Assembly (NCBI GenBank): GCA_051362555.1
Contig: CM120641.1
Coordinates: 15,934,001 to 15,998,000, forward strand
DNA: 64,000 nucleotides
Direction: 5' to 3'
Origin: Lingula anatina
Taxonomy: Eukaryota; Animalia; Brachiopoda
Shown: piece after piece, positions 38,201 through 52,261 of the stretch
How the letters are laid out: every line of letters begins with the position of its first letter
Position numbering within the stretch: the first letter of the stretch is position 1
Translations under genes and position numbers: made by a program
The notes under the pieces: model-generated
What the model was told of the DNA's origin: nothing
Seen by the model: the letters and a program-made list of their open reading frames with translations, nothing else
Database searches by the model: none

Positions 38201-41200
38201 ATGCTGTGTTTGCAGTCTTGTACCTGTGTGTGTATTTTGGAATAGCGAACCTTTGTCATAAGGGACCTTAGGTATAGCAAACCTTCATTATAGCAGACCT
38301 TCAGCACAGCGAACCTTGAGCATAGGGAACCTTTATCATACAGAAGCGCACCCTATGATTGCATATGTGGCACTTCATTAAAAATATATATATTGTCTTT
38401 TTTCTTCTTTTATTTTTAGACAGTAATTAGACAGTTTGGCTCATTGCAAAGTGTTATTCTAGTTTCATTTCGCCTATTAGAAAAGAAAATTATATTTTGA
38501 ATTCAGCATCACAAAGTGTGAGAAAACATTGCATTATGATTATATAACTAATAGCACAAGTTTGCAATTTCCAATTCTTGTCAAATGGTGATATTCTATG
38601 TTTGATTTTTTTTTATTTTCTAGCCTTGAACAAAAAGTGACTTGTTTGAAGCATGAAAACAGCAGCCTGCGTTCATCGTGTACAGGCAGTTTCCGTACAA
38701 GCCATTCCACCAGTCCAACACCTCCCTCCTTCAACTCCTTCAGTGCTTCCTTGCAGGAACAAGGGATTCAAACTCAGGTAGGAAACTACTACTTGTGTGA
38801 GGTTGTTAGTGTGGTATATTTTTTCCCTTTTTTGAATATGAGAATCAGATTATATTTTTTAATGATATACGATTGATGGTTTTAACATAAATTTGTAAAA
38901 TAGCCTCAATGGTAAACTTTGTGTGTTTGCCAACTTGCTTAAGTTGTATTAGTCCTTTATGAATTGCTTTGACACCTCAGGGTGTAGGTTTTGATTTGTG
39001 GTGTGTTGACAGCGAATGTATTATTTGTATGCTTGACTGTTCCCTAATATCTCAAAATAATTTTTTATGAGATATCAAAATGACAAAAATATGTCATTTT
39101 AATTTAAAATTGACTTAGGGCAAAGGAAATCAAAATGTCTAATGTTGAGAAATCCCAATTATTGCAACCAAAGATATAAGCGTTGGTCCACATGTTCCGT
39201 CAAGTCAGCCCAGTAATTCTGAGGCAATGCTGTTCACTTCATTATTTAATGTCTGATGTAATTGGAGTGCCTGAGACGCTTGTTTATTTTTACTGCAGTG
39301 GAATATCTTTTTTTGGGAGAAAGTGGAACTTTGGATTGCGGTCATGCACACAGAAAAACACTCCAAAGCTTCAAAAGACCAGGGAGATAGATTTACCTAA
39401 AAAATTAACTTTCCAACAACCTAGTGGCCTTTCCAGTTCTGATGTTTATTCCTCCTGACAAATTGAGAACCGGAGAGCTGAGCTGCATAGCTCTGTCTGT
39501 TTATATTAGGAGATATTGATGCCGAGTTTCAAAGTTGCCTGCTAAGAAAAAAAAATTCTGTGTAAATCAAGACTGCAAATTGATCATGGTCCTGAAACTA
39601 CTAAAAATAAGTATAAATAAACCTCATGGTATAAAACAAGAAAATCATAAATGTATAATGCAATGATTTATGTAATGTCATTTTTGCAGTTCATTAGTTG
39701 TGCTTTTTTGTAGTGACATACATAATTTTTCATGCTTTCAGGATGGCCGCCAGTGCTGTTCCCACTGCTCAAGTGCATCTAGTTCTGCATCTCCAAAACT
39801 TGATAAACTTTCTCACAACAGTAACATCAGCTCCCCAAACTCAGATACATCATACCGCTCCCCTCAGCACCACCGTCACCATAACAACCATCACCATAGC
39901 AATCAACAGAACCTGCGGCACCATAGACGAAAGGTGTCAGCCTCCAGCTCAAATGAAAGTCTCCACATAACAACTGCAGAAGTCCATAACCCACCAACAT
40001 CCAACGGAATTTATCTCTCAGATCAAAAAGAGCAGGAGGAGGAGAAGGATTCACCAGAAATGATTCACCATTCAGAGAAAGGATCACCTGCAATACTGTA
40101 AGTAATGGACGGTAGTTAAAGAAAGTCTAGGTTTTGGAACATCGTATCTGGGGAGTGAATGTGGGAAATGGGTACACAAACAAAGTTGTTGATAATTTAG
40201 AGCAAAAATTACATGTTGGGTTTTTTTTTATTCAAATATGGTTTAAAAGAAAATTGGGCTTATGTTTCAAACAATACAAATTATTAGCAGTATAATTTTA
40301 AAGAATGGTTTTATGTCCAAATGTTTTCTGTTGAAGTTTAAATGTAGTGAAAACTGTTTACCATAGACATGCCGCTCACGTATGCTTGAAGCTTTTATCA
40401 AACTGACTTACTCATTCACAGGGCAAAGAGTATGGTTATGGCTATGTTGTTTTAATCAAAGAGTGACAACTTTTTTCTTGTACAAGCAGAGCGCTGTCTA
40501 CAAACAGATCTCTGCATGCTAGCCAGTTTTGTCTTGCTATCTCTATCTAAAGTGCAATTTCAGTGCAACTTGATCTAACTTAAATTCAAGTGAGATCTTC
40601 ACGAATGCTTTCCTTGGTGAAACAATACACTGAAACTGCATGGAGTAACACCCACAGAACTGAGAACAAATAACTTGAACAATTTTTATGGCAGCCTCCT
40701 GCCAGGAGGAGTGAATGCTGTGAAGGTTCATGTGCACCTATGTGGAGAAAAGACAATGTATTAAAAGATGGCATTGAACAAAATTTTAAATCCTCAAGGG
40801 ACAAAGCATAAGGTTTTAAACATGTTTTTACTCTCAAATACATAAACCACTTTTTGTTGAACTAATCATAAGACAAGCAATATTATTGATCATTTTAAAC
40901 AAATAACTGCCACTAATTAATGTTACCCAAACAATCTGAGATATGGCCTCTTGCCGATCCACAATCTTGTCATGATTTTGAATTGTGTGCTATTGGGAAG
41001 TAAGGGCTCATTATGATGTTAGATCAAAGTAAGCGTTACCCCAGCCACCTTACCATGTGTAAAATGCCCTTCAGATATTAGAATCTTCTTTCTTCTCTCT
41101 TAACATCCTCGATTTAAGATGAGGGTAACAAGAAGTATATTTAGGATACCAAGTTAGGTCACAACCTCATGGAGGTAGACCCTGGGTCATACTAGTAGGA

Positions 41201-42262
41201 TTTATTTGCTGATCTGGTACAGGTATTAGTTAGGGAACACCGCTCACTCAGTGTGTTTGAATATTGTTTTTCCAAGTTCAAGCCAAAACAGTCCTTTATT
41301 TCCTCATTGTGCCTAGTATAATGGTTTCAACATGTGTAGAAATGGGTTAAAAAATAAAGGATCATGTGTGTTGCCAATGCCACACAGAAGCTGTATGGGT
41401 CCTTTTCAAGGGAGGGTTAACAGTTGGAAGTTGGAAAGAGGGAAGAAAGATTGCTTTGGGCTGATAATTTTTTTGGTAGTTTTGTATTTGGATTTTAATG
41501 CCATAATAAAGATAGCATTTTTTTTCTCTTTGCAGCCCATCAGTTTCCAGAGTTTCCACTGAAGTTCAATGTCAGATACCAAGTCTTAGTGACCAGAAAC
41601 TGGAAAAACAGTTTAAAGAGAGTAAGATATAGCATATTGATGTAACAAAAGATTGGAAAAGATGCAAGGCTCTTATATTGGTCTCGGACTAAAAGTAATA
41701 TTGGTAGCAAGCAGTTTTTTTCCTGATATTGCTTGTAGTTCTTATCCAAAAATTGGCAAGTTAATTGTCTTGTTTTTGGTTTCAGTAGATGCTTTGTCAA
41801 TTGTTTATGTTATAGATGTTCAAATTTGGCTTTAAATGTCAATTTGTACCATTTTGTTAACTTTGTGGCATTTTATTCCAGCTGTCATCCATAATTCTAA
41901 GCTTGCAGAGGAACTGGGTGCTGCTAAAAAAGAGATTGAAATCTTAAAAGGAAGACTCAAGGAATTTGAGGTAATGATATACAGGTCACACATAAAGATA
42001 TATTCATTGGAAATTTTTTAGTTTAATTTGAACTATTATACTTGAGGATGTTGAGGATGTACAAAATGATCCAAACCCAAAGCTTTTTTATATAAATATA
42101 TTCCTGATACTACTGTTGAAACTGGATTTTTGTTGTTTATGAACCATTTTGCTTTGGGAGCAGAAATCATAAGAAATAACTAGATGTTTTGAAATAATTT
42201 CGTAGTGAAAGTTGGGATCTCTCTCTCTCTTCTCATTTTCTTTCTCAGACACACTAAAAAAC

Positions 42263-42316
<54 letters not shown>

Positions 42317-45300
42317 TGCACCATCAATCTAGAAAAAATCATGCCCTTCTTCTGACAAAACATTTGTAGTCAGAGGTCTTAAAATTTGGTCAGAGTAAAC
42401 AATGCTGTGATAATGTAGTCTATGGGTATTTTAACAAAACTGTTGTTCTCAGTTACATTACTCAGTAACAGACTGTAGAGGTACCCTGTGGGTGCAATTG
42501 TTTTTTTGCAACAGCTGAAGGACTAGCTTCTTTGAATCAATGAGGTTTACTTAGACCTCAAGATTTGAAGTTAAAAATGGAATATGCTAGCATGGGCTTA
42601 GACAGTATTCATAACTAGAAAAAGAAAACAGGAAAAGATGGAGTGGATAAAAAGATCTGTGGAATTTGTATATTTATAGTAGTACTTTCCTGTCCCTGCC
42701 TGACTTAAGAGTGGAAAGTAGGCAGGCAGTGTGCTTGATATTAAAGCTTGTCTCTATAAATAGCACATACACTTACTGTAAACACTTGAGAAAAGAATGA
42801 TAATACAGTAAATGAAATTGTATGTCTTAAAGTCCATGTTTTTATTACATGACAGAATAGTGTAAAGATTAAAGGAATGAATGGATTATGTATGTTTAAA
42901 GTTTGTGTTCTTATTTCATTGAATTTAGTTGAACAGTACTTTAAGTATACTTACTTTTCAAAAAAATTATAATTCAAGGCAAATAAAAAATTGTCAGCAA
43001 AAATCTTACAAAGGTCAGTGAACCAGCATACTTTTGCAGAAAATAAATAAAATGTGTTAAAAAGAAAAAATCTGGTAAATGTCAGGATTCATACCCCACT
43101 GATTTGTATGTGGTCTTGCTATCTGGTGGTTGCTTAGGAAAACATACAAAAACATTCTAAGATATAAAAACTGGATTGTTAATGAGTTCTAGAGGTGGTC
43201 ATTTCACCTGAAAGAACTCATCCCTGGTTCCAATTAACTGGGATTTAAGTATAAAAAAGTTTTGATCTCTTTGGATTTTCTTTTTGTCAGTATAAAAAGA
43301 AGCTATTGTTTACTTGCTATCTGGCACAGGAGTGTTTAAGGGCCTTGACAGGAAAACCACATGTTAATGATAAAAAGTGGATTTGGGCCAAATGTTTTCC
43401 TCTTGTGCGTGGAAGTAAGGCGATATTTCATGACATAGGACAGATTGAAATATGAGATATCCAAAAAAGAAAAAAAAAGTAATGGTACATGTTTGATCAT
43501 TTCTTAAAAACACTTCTGTTATCTTTGGTGATAGAAAGGTTTGATAAGTAAAGGCCATGTGTATCATAAAAAGAAGAAGCAATCTCCTTTTTGTTTTCTC
43601 ATTTAGATAAAGAAATTCCATGATAAAAAAATAAGATTCAGAGACACCATGTTACATGTCCTTGAACCACTACATCTGATCCCCTAGCCAATGCCACCTC
43701 TGCTGTCACCTTGCATTGTAGGTGTGCTATAGGACAGTAGACTAGCTTGTGTGACAAAGAACTTCAGAGTTAGAACTAGCTTTCCACATAATTTGCCACA
43801 TTCCCAGCCATTTTAGCAAAATTTACAATGTTTGAGTGAAATGGTAGGTGTTACAATAGTCATTCAGCTATTTCTTGAGGAAAAAGTTAGTAACACCTCA
43901 TTTGCACTTTCGGAAGACATTTGACTGGCATGCTATGCTTTAGCTTATAATGGAGAGTGTTTTTTTGTTCAGCTGTACTTTCATTTACTTTTTATTTTGT
44001 AAATGTGTCTTATTTTTTCTTTCAATATATTTGCAGATGAACAGTTTGGCTCGCATGTATACTGAGGTATATCACGTAGAGAATGAGCTTCATCATCTTG
44101 CCAATGGAGATGTAGAAGAAACGCCATCAGAGTCCTCAGCACCGACAGCTACAAACTTGCCATCACCGACACATAAACTGCAGGTGAACCATAATAAGTA
44201 AGTGTGAACATTATAGCCTTAAAATTTTTCTCTGGTACAGCTGTTTCTGGTCCTGAAAGTAATTGGTACATATTTGTTTGTTAAAGAGGTTAAAAGTTTG
44301 TTAATAAATAGCAAAATTTTTGCCATAAATTATCATTTGATATCTTTTCAAGATTTCATTAAACTCAAAATTGAATTGAATGCTTTTTCATGGAAATGAT
44401 AAAGAATGAGATTGTTTTTATAGCTGTATGAATCCAATGATGTTAAACCTGATCTTTCATTGCAGCAATTATAAACCCCCTATCCCAAGGAAGCCATTGC
44501 CTCCAGTGCTTGTTCCTGGTCCACTAGCTGGGTGTAAATGTGAACAATGTGAGGGAGCAGATTCTCAAACTGTGCAGACAGGATTAAGGTAATATTACCT
44601 TGGACACTGATGATATATGTCTTTATTACCAAAAGTATGTGACAAAGATTTTTTTTTTTTGCTCTTTAATCCATTTTTGATCAAAATTCCAAAGACTTGG
44701 ATGCTCTGTTGTTGAATGCCAAGAGGCATTTGAATATTGCTCTATATTTCATTGGTAAGTGTGCCATTTTAGACAAAAATCAAAAAATCAAAATGATAAA
44801 TACTATTATAAAGTTAATATTATAAAGTTTCTTGTACTTTATGGATAGTTCTTTTGAATGTCCTTTTTTTTTTACAATTCAGCAGTAAGATGGCGTATAG
44901 TCTGGGAGACCATGTCGTGGTCAAGGGGGATAGGACTGGGCATATCAGATATATTGGACATCTGGACAACTTGGGTCAAGCTGATATGGTCTTTATTGGC
45001 CTGGAGCTGGACGCACCAGGTGAGTATACAGGTGAAGTGCACAAGAGGCATATACTTGTTTGTCAGTGCATGTGCACATGCACACACATGTGTACACTTT
45101 TACCCATGTCATGATGGGAAGTGGAAATATGCACCAAGTAAGGGCCATTGCAAAGGAAGTTCAGGCTCTGATTAAATGACGGCCGCAATACCTCTTATAT
45201 GGTTGTATTTGAGCCCACATTTCTGATTTTTATCAATACCCATGTCTTGCTCGAAACTTGAAGTTAGTTATCAGTTTGAATGCTGGTTAAAAGGTTTCCA

Positions 45301-46240
45301 AAGCTAAAAACAGGCATTTTAAAGGTTTAAATAATCAGAAAGTTCTGTAAACCTGGATTATCTAATTTACAGTTGGACGCCATGATGGATTTTTCAACTA
45401 CAAGCGTTATTTCTCCTGCCATAAGGACCACGGGATATTTGTCCCTATACAAGATGTGCTTTGTGAAATAGGAAAGAAAGTAAGTACTGCGGTCTTGAAA
45501 ACAGCATTCTTTATATTATTACAGCATTATATTAGGTCAAAAAATGAAATGGCTCATAGACATATGCCTTAATAAATTACATATAGACATTTCAATTTTT
45601 ATCATTTGATATCAGTTTTGTTGCAGTTTACTCATTTGGAAATTTGCAATGACATTCCTTTGGGTGAAAAAACATTGCACTGGTTTACTGACTCATAAAT
45701 TATTACATCAGATCACAAAAACACATGGCTATTGTTATTTATTCAATTTGACAGAATTCGCCCAAAAAATCCCAACCCCAACATACAGAGATGAAAAGGA
45801 AAACTTCCAATCCTGAAACATCCCCTACATTGTCTGGGAGTGGCACTAAGAGTACACCCAAGAGAGACAAGACTGGTTCTTCTGACAGAAAAGTGTCCTC
45901 TGCAGATGGACTGCGTAATTTGAAGTTTAAAAGGTCTGTAGTGCATTGATTTTTTTTTAATTTTTAATTTTGCCAATTTGGAAAGAATACACTGGCACTT
46001 TTTGAGGTTTGGAAAATTTTTCATCCAACAAATAGTTTTTGTTCCTACAAGATTGAAGTGTACTGAGGGTGCAATGAAAATTATAATGATTAGTTTTTAA
46101 AAAACATTTTATAAAGATTGAATATGCCATGTGACTTTAAAAGCTCTATCAAATGTTTCAGTCTTATGTTTTGAATTAAATTGCACTATCTCAATATAAA
46201 GTTTACTCTTAACAGGGACAGTCCAATGAGCATTGTATGA
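16476..46240 (+). CDS. Uncharacterised coiled-coil / His-Ser-rich / single CAP-Gly domain protein; exons 16476-16507, 38624-38777, 39742-40097, 41536-41621, 41882-41970, 44037-44197, 44466-44588, 44883-45019, 45373-45479, 45755-45933, 46216-46240
   Basis: All junctions are GT-AG and phase-consistent. CAP-Gly: YSLGDHVVVKGDRTGHIRYIGHLD...FIGLELDAP|VGRHDGFFNYKRYFSCHKDHGIFVP. Coiled coils SLEQKVTCLKHENSSLR and KLAEELGAAKKEIEILKGRLKEFE; ends RDSPMSIV*. The start (accATGg at 16476, or 15637) and linkage across the 22-kb intron are inferred. Confidence 0.75.
23976..27925 (-). mobile_element. Helentron/HINE-like element, copy 4, full length, nested in opposite orientation in copy 3; ~15 monomers in three blocks
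   Basis: Both termini intact (aactagaggatc... and ...cgctggtggtacaa), 9-bp ggagccg(ca/gc) microsatellite ~27820-27868, no TSD. Confidence 0.88.
24150..26915. repeat. 146-bp satellite-like tandem array interrupted twice by a ~280-bp spacer
   Basis: aagtaggtca recurs at 24601 and 24747 (146 bp apart); the spacer block starts at ~24861, ~25744 and, in its native position, ~26918. Confidence 0.92.
28125..30270. repeat. 146-bp tandem array, reverse orientation
   Basis: Near-identical spurious ORFs at 28521, 29105 and 29543 are offset by 584 (4x146) and 438 (3x146). Confidence 0.93.
33310..33450. repeat. 30-bp minisatellite, ~4-5 degenerate copies
   Basis: ggtggagcaagatggggtggatttagc recurs with a 30-bp period. 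Confidence 0.8.
34569..35114. mobile_element. 546-bp MITE with ~150-bp TIRs, probably PIF/Harbinger (Tourist-like)
   Basis: gggcgcattctcaacgaattaagccaggc... / ...gcctggcttaattcgttgagaatgcgctc, near-perfect arms; flanks tat / taa are compatible with a 3-bp TWA TSD carrying one mismatch. Confidence 0.8.
35198..35275. repeat. (AAT)n followed by (CAT)n microsatellite
   Basis: Seen directly. Confidence 0.9.
37778..38353. mobile_element. Old degenerate TIR element with ~15-bp subterminal repeats (aaggttc / gaacctt), possibly related to the 9374/10234 MITEs
   Basis: Left arm has repeated aaggttc/aaggtcc/agggttc after gggg; right arm (38240-38353) has repeated agcgaacctt-like units ending gcgcaccc. 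Confidence 0.45.
42266..42316. repeat. (CT)n(CA)n compound microsatellite
   Basis: Seen directly. Confidence 0.92.
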
Positions 46241-49200
46241 CAGTAGTAAGGACCACAGAGTCAGGATCCGAGGTCTCTCCCAAACTACGTCTTCCTGTAG
46301 TAAATGTGAAAGAACTGCACAGTAAATGTCCACAGAAAAGAGAGGATATGACTCCACCTTCCACCAGCTTGTTTGTAAATATTGGATGGACATTTTATGA
46401 TTGAGCCTCATGTGGATTCCTGTAGCAGGTACAAATGTGGTAGCAATTTCCTGTGTACAAGAGATTTCTTTTACTGATTTGATTCTCACCTCAACCTTGC
46501 GTGATATTTGCAAAGGTTTGATGGCCATTTTGCAATTGACTGTTTTATGAATTTTTCGATAAAAAAACAAAATACATTATCAGCTTCCAAATACAGGTGC
46601 TTTTTGCTTTTTTGGATCTTTTTGTTTTCACCTGAATCTCCACTAAGATTAATCAGTCATTGGAGTTATTCTGCAGTGGAGTGAGGAACATTAACAAAAA
46701 ATGCCTTTTAAAAATAGTAAAGCGCCATTAAGACCAGAACCCACTCTAAGCACCAGGTATAATATGTAATGTTAATTGGTCAGTGAATTGATATTGATTA
46801 TAATTTGAAAGTGAAGTGAACAGATGCAAGTGGTAAAATACTTACAGGATGTATAGGGAACTTGATGTGATAAAAAAGTACACCAAAACTTAGGAACTTG
46901 GCTTATTTTGAAAGTATTGTATCACCAGATCTATTCTATTCTTCCATATATTGAAGAACATATATGAGAACATTACCGTAAATTGGCATATATTTGTAGT
47001 TCTGTAGCATGTAAGCCTACAATAGCACGAATGACAATATATGAGACCAGCACTGTCTGAAACTGTGCGGAACTATATCACTATTTACAGAGTGGTTTGC
47101 ATAATAATAGTCCTCAAATGGTTGCTTCACTGTTTGTCTTGCCCAGTCACTAAATAATGATTTATTCATGAATTTTCTGCAGGTCACAGTGAGATGTAGG
47201 CATTTATTCTTTTTTAGTCTCTTAGATGTGTTGTCTGAAAAGTTGAACACTATCAGTAAATCATTGAGCCTGAAATGTGAATGTCCATAGGATACATGAA
47301 TATGTGCATCTGCAAACATGGAAATCACAAGTATGCCAGTTTGCAATCTACATGTATGTACCCATACTCCCAAATAGGCATGTTCACGAGTCACTCCATA
47401 CTTTGTACATATTGCCACTGTACAATACACATGGGTCAGTTGTGGAAAATCACCATAATAGATATAACAGAACATTTTAGATTTCTACAACCAAATTTGA
47501 AATTTATGTATTTAAGCCAGATTGCAGTTTGGAAGCTTGAGATACCCTTAAGGTAAAATTTCCGTACATTTCATAAAATTTCAAGGAGCCAAACTGAAAT
47601 TTTGAAGTTTGTCTTTTTATGTTATTTACTTAAGTTGCTGTATAATCTGACAGCCTGTGTTGATTTACCAATTGTGATGTTTATATATATATGTATAATG
47701 TGAAGTTTAGCTGTGTTGACAGAAATAGAGATTATGCACTGGACTTGTGCTGAAAGCACATGAAATTTAGTCATATTATGTTCACTGCTTTCTGTTTTCA
47801 CTTCCAATGGGCCATTAATTCACTTGTATAAAGATAATTAAACTAACCAAGTAATTTGACGAGTTTTGACAGTTTGTCAAAACAATTAAATGACTATGTA
47901 TACATAGATATATATATTCCAATTAATATTTTTTTTTTCTGTAATTAAGAAACCCAGTGATGTAAAGCATCAAAACCAGTGACGTAAATCATTATTTTAT
48001 GAACAGCACTTTTGACAATCGCACCTTTTTTTTTTGCATGTTTTTTTCTGATATAACACAGCCAGCTTGTTTTTGAGCTAAATTTCTTCACTTATCATCA
48101 ATTGGAAAAGGACAGTGTAGCCCATTGTTCATTTGTATAGATATATCATTGCTACTCTTGTAAATATCATCAAAACCTAAATAATGCAGAGGCAGCTTCA
48201 AAGAAGGCTGCAGTGGATAGACATAAAACCCATAGCAACAAAGTATAGTAACTATGGTTATACTGTAAGTAGAAAGACAAAATTCCCATATACAAAATTG
48301 TACCAACATTTAAGATAGAAAAAGAATCATGCCTTAGAAAGTGGTGCATATTTTAGTAAAATTTAGCCCTTTACCCATTCTGTCTCGAAGAAACTAAATC
48401 ATAATTTAAAAAGAGCTCTTTGTTGTCTGTGCTGTTTTCGTAAAAGTAAATCACACTTGTAGAAATATCATACCAAATCCCTCTTTTTAATTGGTCAGTC
48501 ACAGAAATTGCTTTAAGTTTTAATGCAGAGATTTGGAGACTTTTGATTATTTAATTCGTGTCATATTTAAAATGTGAAAAATTGCTAAAATTTTAGAGCA
48601 TGCATGGAAGTCATAATTGCAAGAGAGAATAGTAAGTTCTGTTTGGTACATATACAATATATATATATATAATATGGAAAATGTTTGGATATGTTTTAAA
48701 AAATAAAGATTGATGGCGTTGACATTGGGCATCGAAATAAAAATGTTTGAATTGCGATGAAAATTTGCATCATTAGTGGACTGTGCCAATTTTACACTAC
48801 ATTTAAAATAAATCACATTTGTAGGTAAGGGTTTACACATTTACTATACTGATTTGTGTAAACAAAAACCCAGGTCTCACTCGATTGTTTATTTTGGCAT
48901 TGATGTGTACTAGGCACTGGTTGAAACGTGCCCCAAATAGGTTCACTGGCCTGAACATTATCACACTCAACTACAAGCCCCTTAGATATATATAAAGCAA
49001 GATAACTGTGGGCCTAATGATGTCCACAGGGCATTTTTAAGCTTTGTAGCTTACCTGGCTTCAGATATGCTTTCAGTATAGTGACTATATTTGTGATATA
49101 TATGCAATCATGGGGGTGAATATCCCTTTAAATGAACCTTAAGATAACCCTAAATTTCTTGACCTTTATTTGTGATTTTAACACTTTACAATGTTACTTG

Positions 49201-52200
49201 TAAAGAGCAGTGCCGCTTACATCAGTGGCATGCTAAGTCACTATTTGGTCATGTTTCTACAAAGTGCTGTTTGTGATATTTTCTCCTTTTATGATGTTTT
49301 GTTGCAAGGACCAGGGTTATTCATGTGTGAAAATGAAAAAGAAACGAGCTTAACTTGTTTAAAGTCTAGCTTTTGGGCTCAAATTGCAATCCTTGACATT
49401 TGAAACATCAGAAACCGAGTCAGCGGTTAGAAGAAAAAGGTTGCTCTTTAAGAATTATCAGCAAAAGTGATCGTTGCTCGATTGGTGAATTAAGAACAGT
49501 ATTAACACTTATGTCATTAGAGTATACCCACAATTTCAGGAGGCAGATAGTGATATCTCAACTTTCTGTCATACCCTTTTAGAGGGAAGTTACTATCTTT
49601 CTGAAACTCCTGGTATTGTAATGTTTTATGAAGTAAAAGAAAAACCCTTTAGTGGGGTTAGATATTAATTCACTTTCATGGGAAGCAGTGCAAAAGTCTT
49701 AAATTGTAAATTATGCTGGTTTGGAAGTATTTCTTGTTGAAAATTGCATATTATTGAACATGTTATCTGCTATGTGGAGAGGAGTATTTGTGGCTATTTT
49801 AAAATACCCGTGAAAATTGTAGCTGGTCAAATGTAATACAAATAATTCAGCCATCATGGTCCATAAAAATGTATGCCATAAATTTTACCTTTGTAGTGTA
49901 AATTGTGACCTACCAGGTTAGGTTTCAAAATTGGGGCTTTTATTGTTATATTTTAACAGTCATCGATTATAAAGCTATTTCTGCTGTTTTATTGCAGTCC
50001 AGATAAGATGCAGTTAGAAACTTTGTATAATATACAACAATGATACACTTTGTATTACTTTTGACTGGGAAAGTAGCGTTTCAGTGTGATGATATACAGG
50101 AAATAAGATGAGCCAGTACTTGAAGAGTTTGTAGCATTCTACGTAGTGAGTTACTGACATGGCAGAGCATGGATCATGAAAACCAGTTCCCAATGTCTCA
50201 GTCAGGACTTTGTTCTAATATTGTCTGCAGATCACCATTCTGTACTTGTCTTCCAACATGGTATCAGTGCAGGCGCTATTAACTTTCTAAAAAATAAAGT
50301 TTATTTAACAAGATATTTTGTGTCCGTTTCTTTTCTTTTTTTTTTTTTGTATGTTTGTGGGATGGGGTGAAATATGGTATTTATTTGACCAACAAGAAGG
50401 CAAACTGAGACTAGGAAGTCACTCGGAGAGGGCAGACCAGGGCGCTTGGCAGAGGTCTGTGGTCCCTGAGTGCTTTCCTAGTTGTATTCCATACAAACGT
50501 AAGAAAATCAAACATTTACTTTTAAAAATTTATTGAATTGTGTTGGAAAACTAGGTTTAAAATAGCACCTAAATATTGACATTTTTTCATTCATTCATTC
50601 CAATTTAAAAAAGCAGGAATAGCTACTATTATATAATAAAGCGAGATGTTTTTGGATTTCCTAATAGATGCTTATTAAATTGTTAAAATAATTAGTTTGT
50701 TGTGTCACAAAAATCTCTCATGTCAATATTTGTTTTTGGTAAAAAAAATTGGGCTGAAAAAAAGCCTCACTTCACAAGCTGGTACACATGCCGCACCACC
50801 TGTTAATATAAAATCACTCTTCATAGAAATTCAACGTAATCTTAGTTAAAAGCAATATCTGCAAAGAGTGGGCAGTAGCATAACTAACAAGACAAAGAAG
50901 ACAAACACAACAGACATCTTTTTCTCGTAAAAAATATCAATAAAAGAGCTTGTATCCAATATATATATAAACTATCGTGGACAGGCACTTTTTCCAGTAT
51001 AAAAAATTGCATGAAAATACCAGGTGCAAAACTCTGGTTTCATTACAACATGATTTTATATGAGACGCGTAGTTAATATTCTGTACATCTGTACAATGTG
51101 AATCCTTTATGTACAAAACTAGCATCTATCGCCTTTGTCTCTATTTTACAAATATAAACAATATACATACCACAGAAGAGCATTTGGGAACACGTCTTAG
51201 CATAAATTCTCAATGGCCATTTTTACAAAGTCTACCTTCTCTCTACATCTTTGCACTAAAAGCACAAGTAATTCTGCCTCTTGTATCATATCACTGTTTA
51301 AGTTTAATTGGACCCAAATCTTTATGTATAAAAAATGCAGAGAATGGAATTCATAATTATAAAACAGCTCAGCTGTCATATTCATTAGAGGCAGTGTGCA
51401 CACAATGGATTACTGATCAAACACTCATTTTAAAAGTTAGTACTGTCACTTTCTTCCTTATATTTACAACTCTACAGGAAAGTAGTCTCATTTGATGAAA
51501 AGTTAACCTTTAATAAATGATCAAAACAAAAAAAAAAAAAAAAATTCTTGGATATACAAGTGCACAACAGACTGAGACTACCTGAAATTTTTTAAATGCA
51601 CCCAAGAAATCCAGTTAAAAGCAATTGCTCACACTTTCATTATAACATGAAATGCAATCTAAAATGTTTTAATGCAAAGAAAGTAGAAATAAAATGCATA
51701 TGGTTAGGATTTGGGTAAAAGTTAAAACATTAAACCTGTCCAGTTTGCTGATGGAGGATGCAGTCGTAAAAAAAAGATATATTTTTCAATCAAGTTCGAA
51801 ATTTCTCAAACAAATAATGTTCCACACCAGGCATTGGCTGCATAGTGATCATGGGCAAATACAATCACTGTGAGACATTTCACACCACTTTCTAAATCTA
51901 ACTTTGTTTAAACTGCAGAGTATGGAAAATACTATAGAAGAACTTATTGCCATCAGCGTCAACTTTGTAGTTTTCTTTCATGAAGTCTACCTGAACAGCA
52001 TTTTTTTTGTTCATTTTTAACTAATTGGTGGTCAATATCAAAAATTCACTTAAAGGAATACTGTTTGCATAGGGTTCAGTATTGTCTCTTGTCTGCACAG
52101 CTTTCTATATTGCACTAGCAGACCCCTGATTATCCTCAAGTCCAAGATCACAAGTACTAACAGCTCTCAGTGTCTGGACTTCTGTATCAATCTGTGTTGT

Positions 52201-52261
52201 ACACTTAATTTATATATACATATATGTGTATAAGATATCATTTTCACAGAACTTGATGCTT

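Noticed and set aside
46109-47475. Two ~150-aa minus-strand ORFs
   Set aside because: No recognisable domain, non-ATG or weak starts, lie antisense in a probable 3'UTR.
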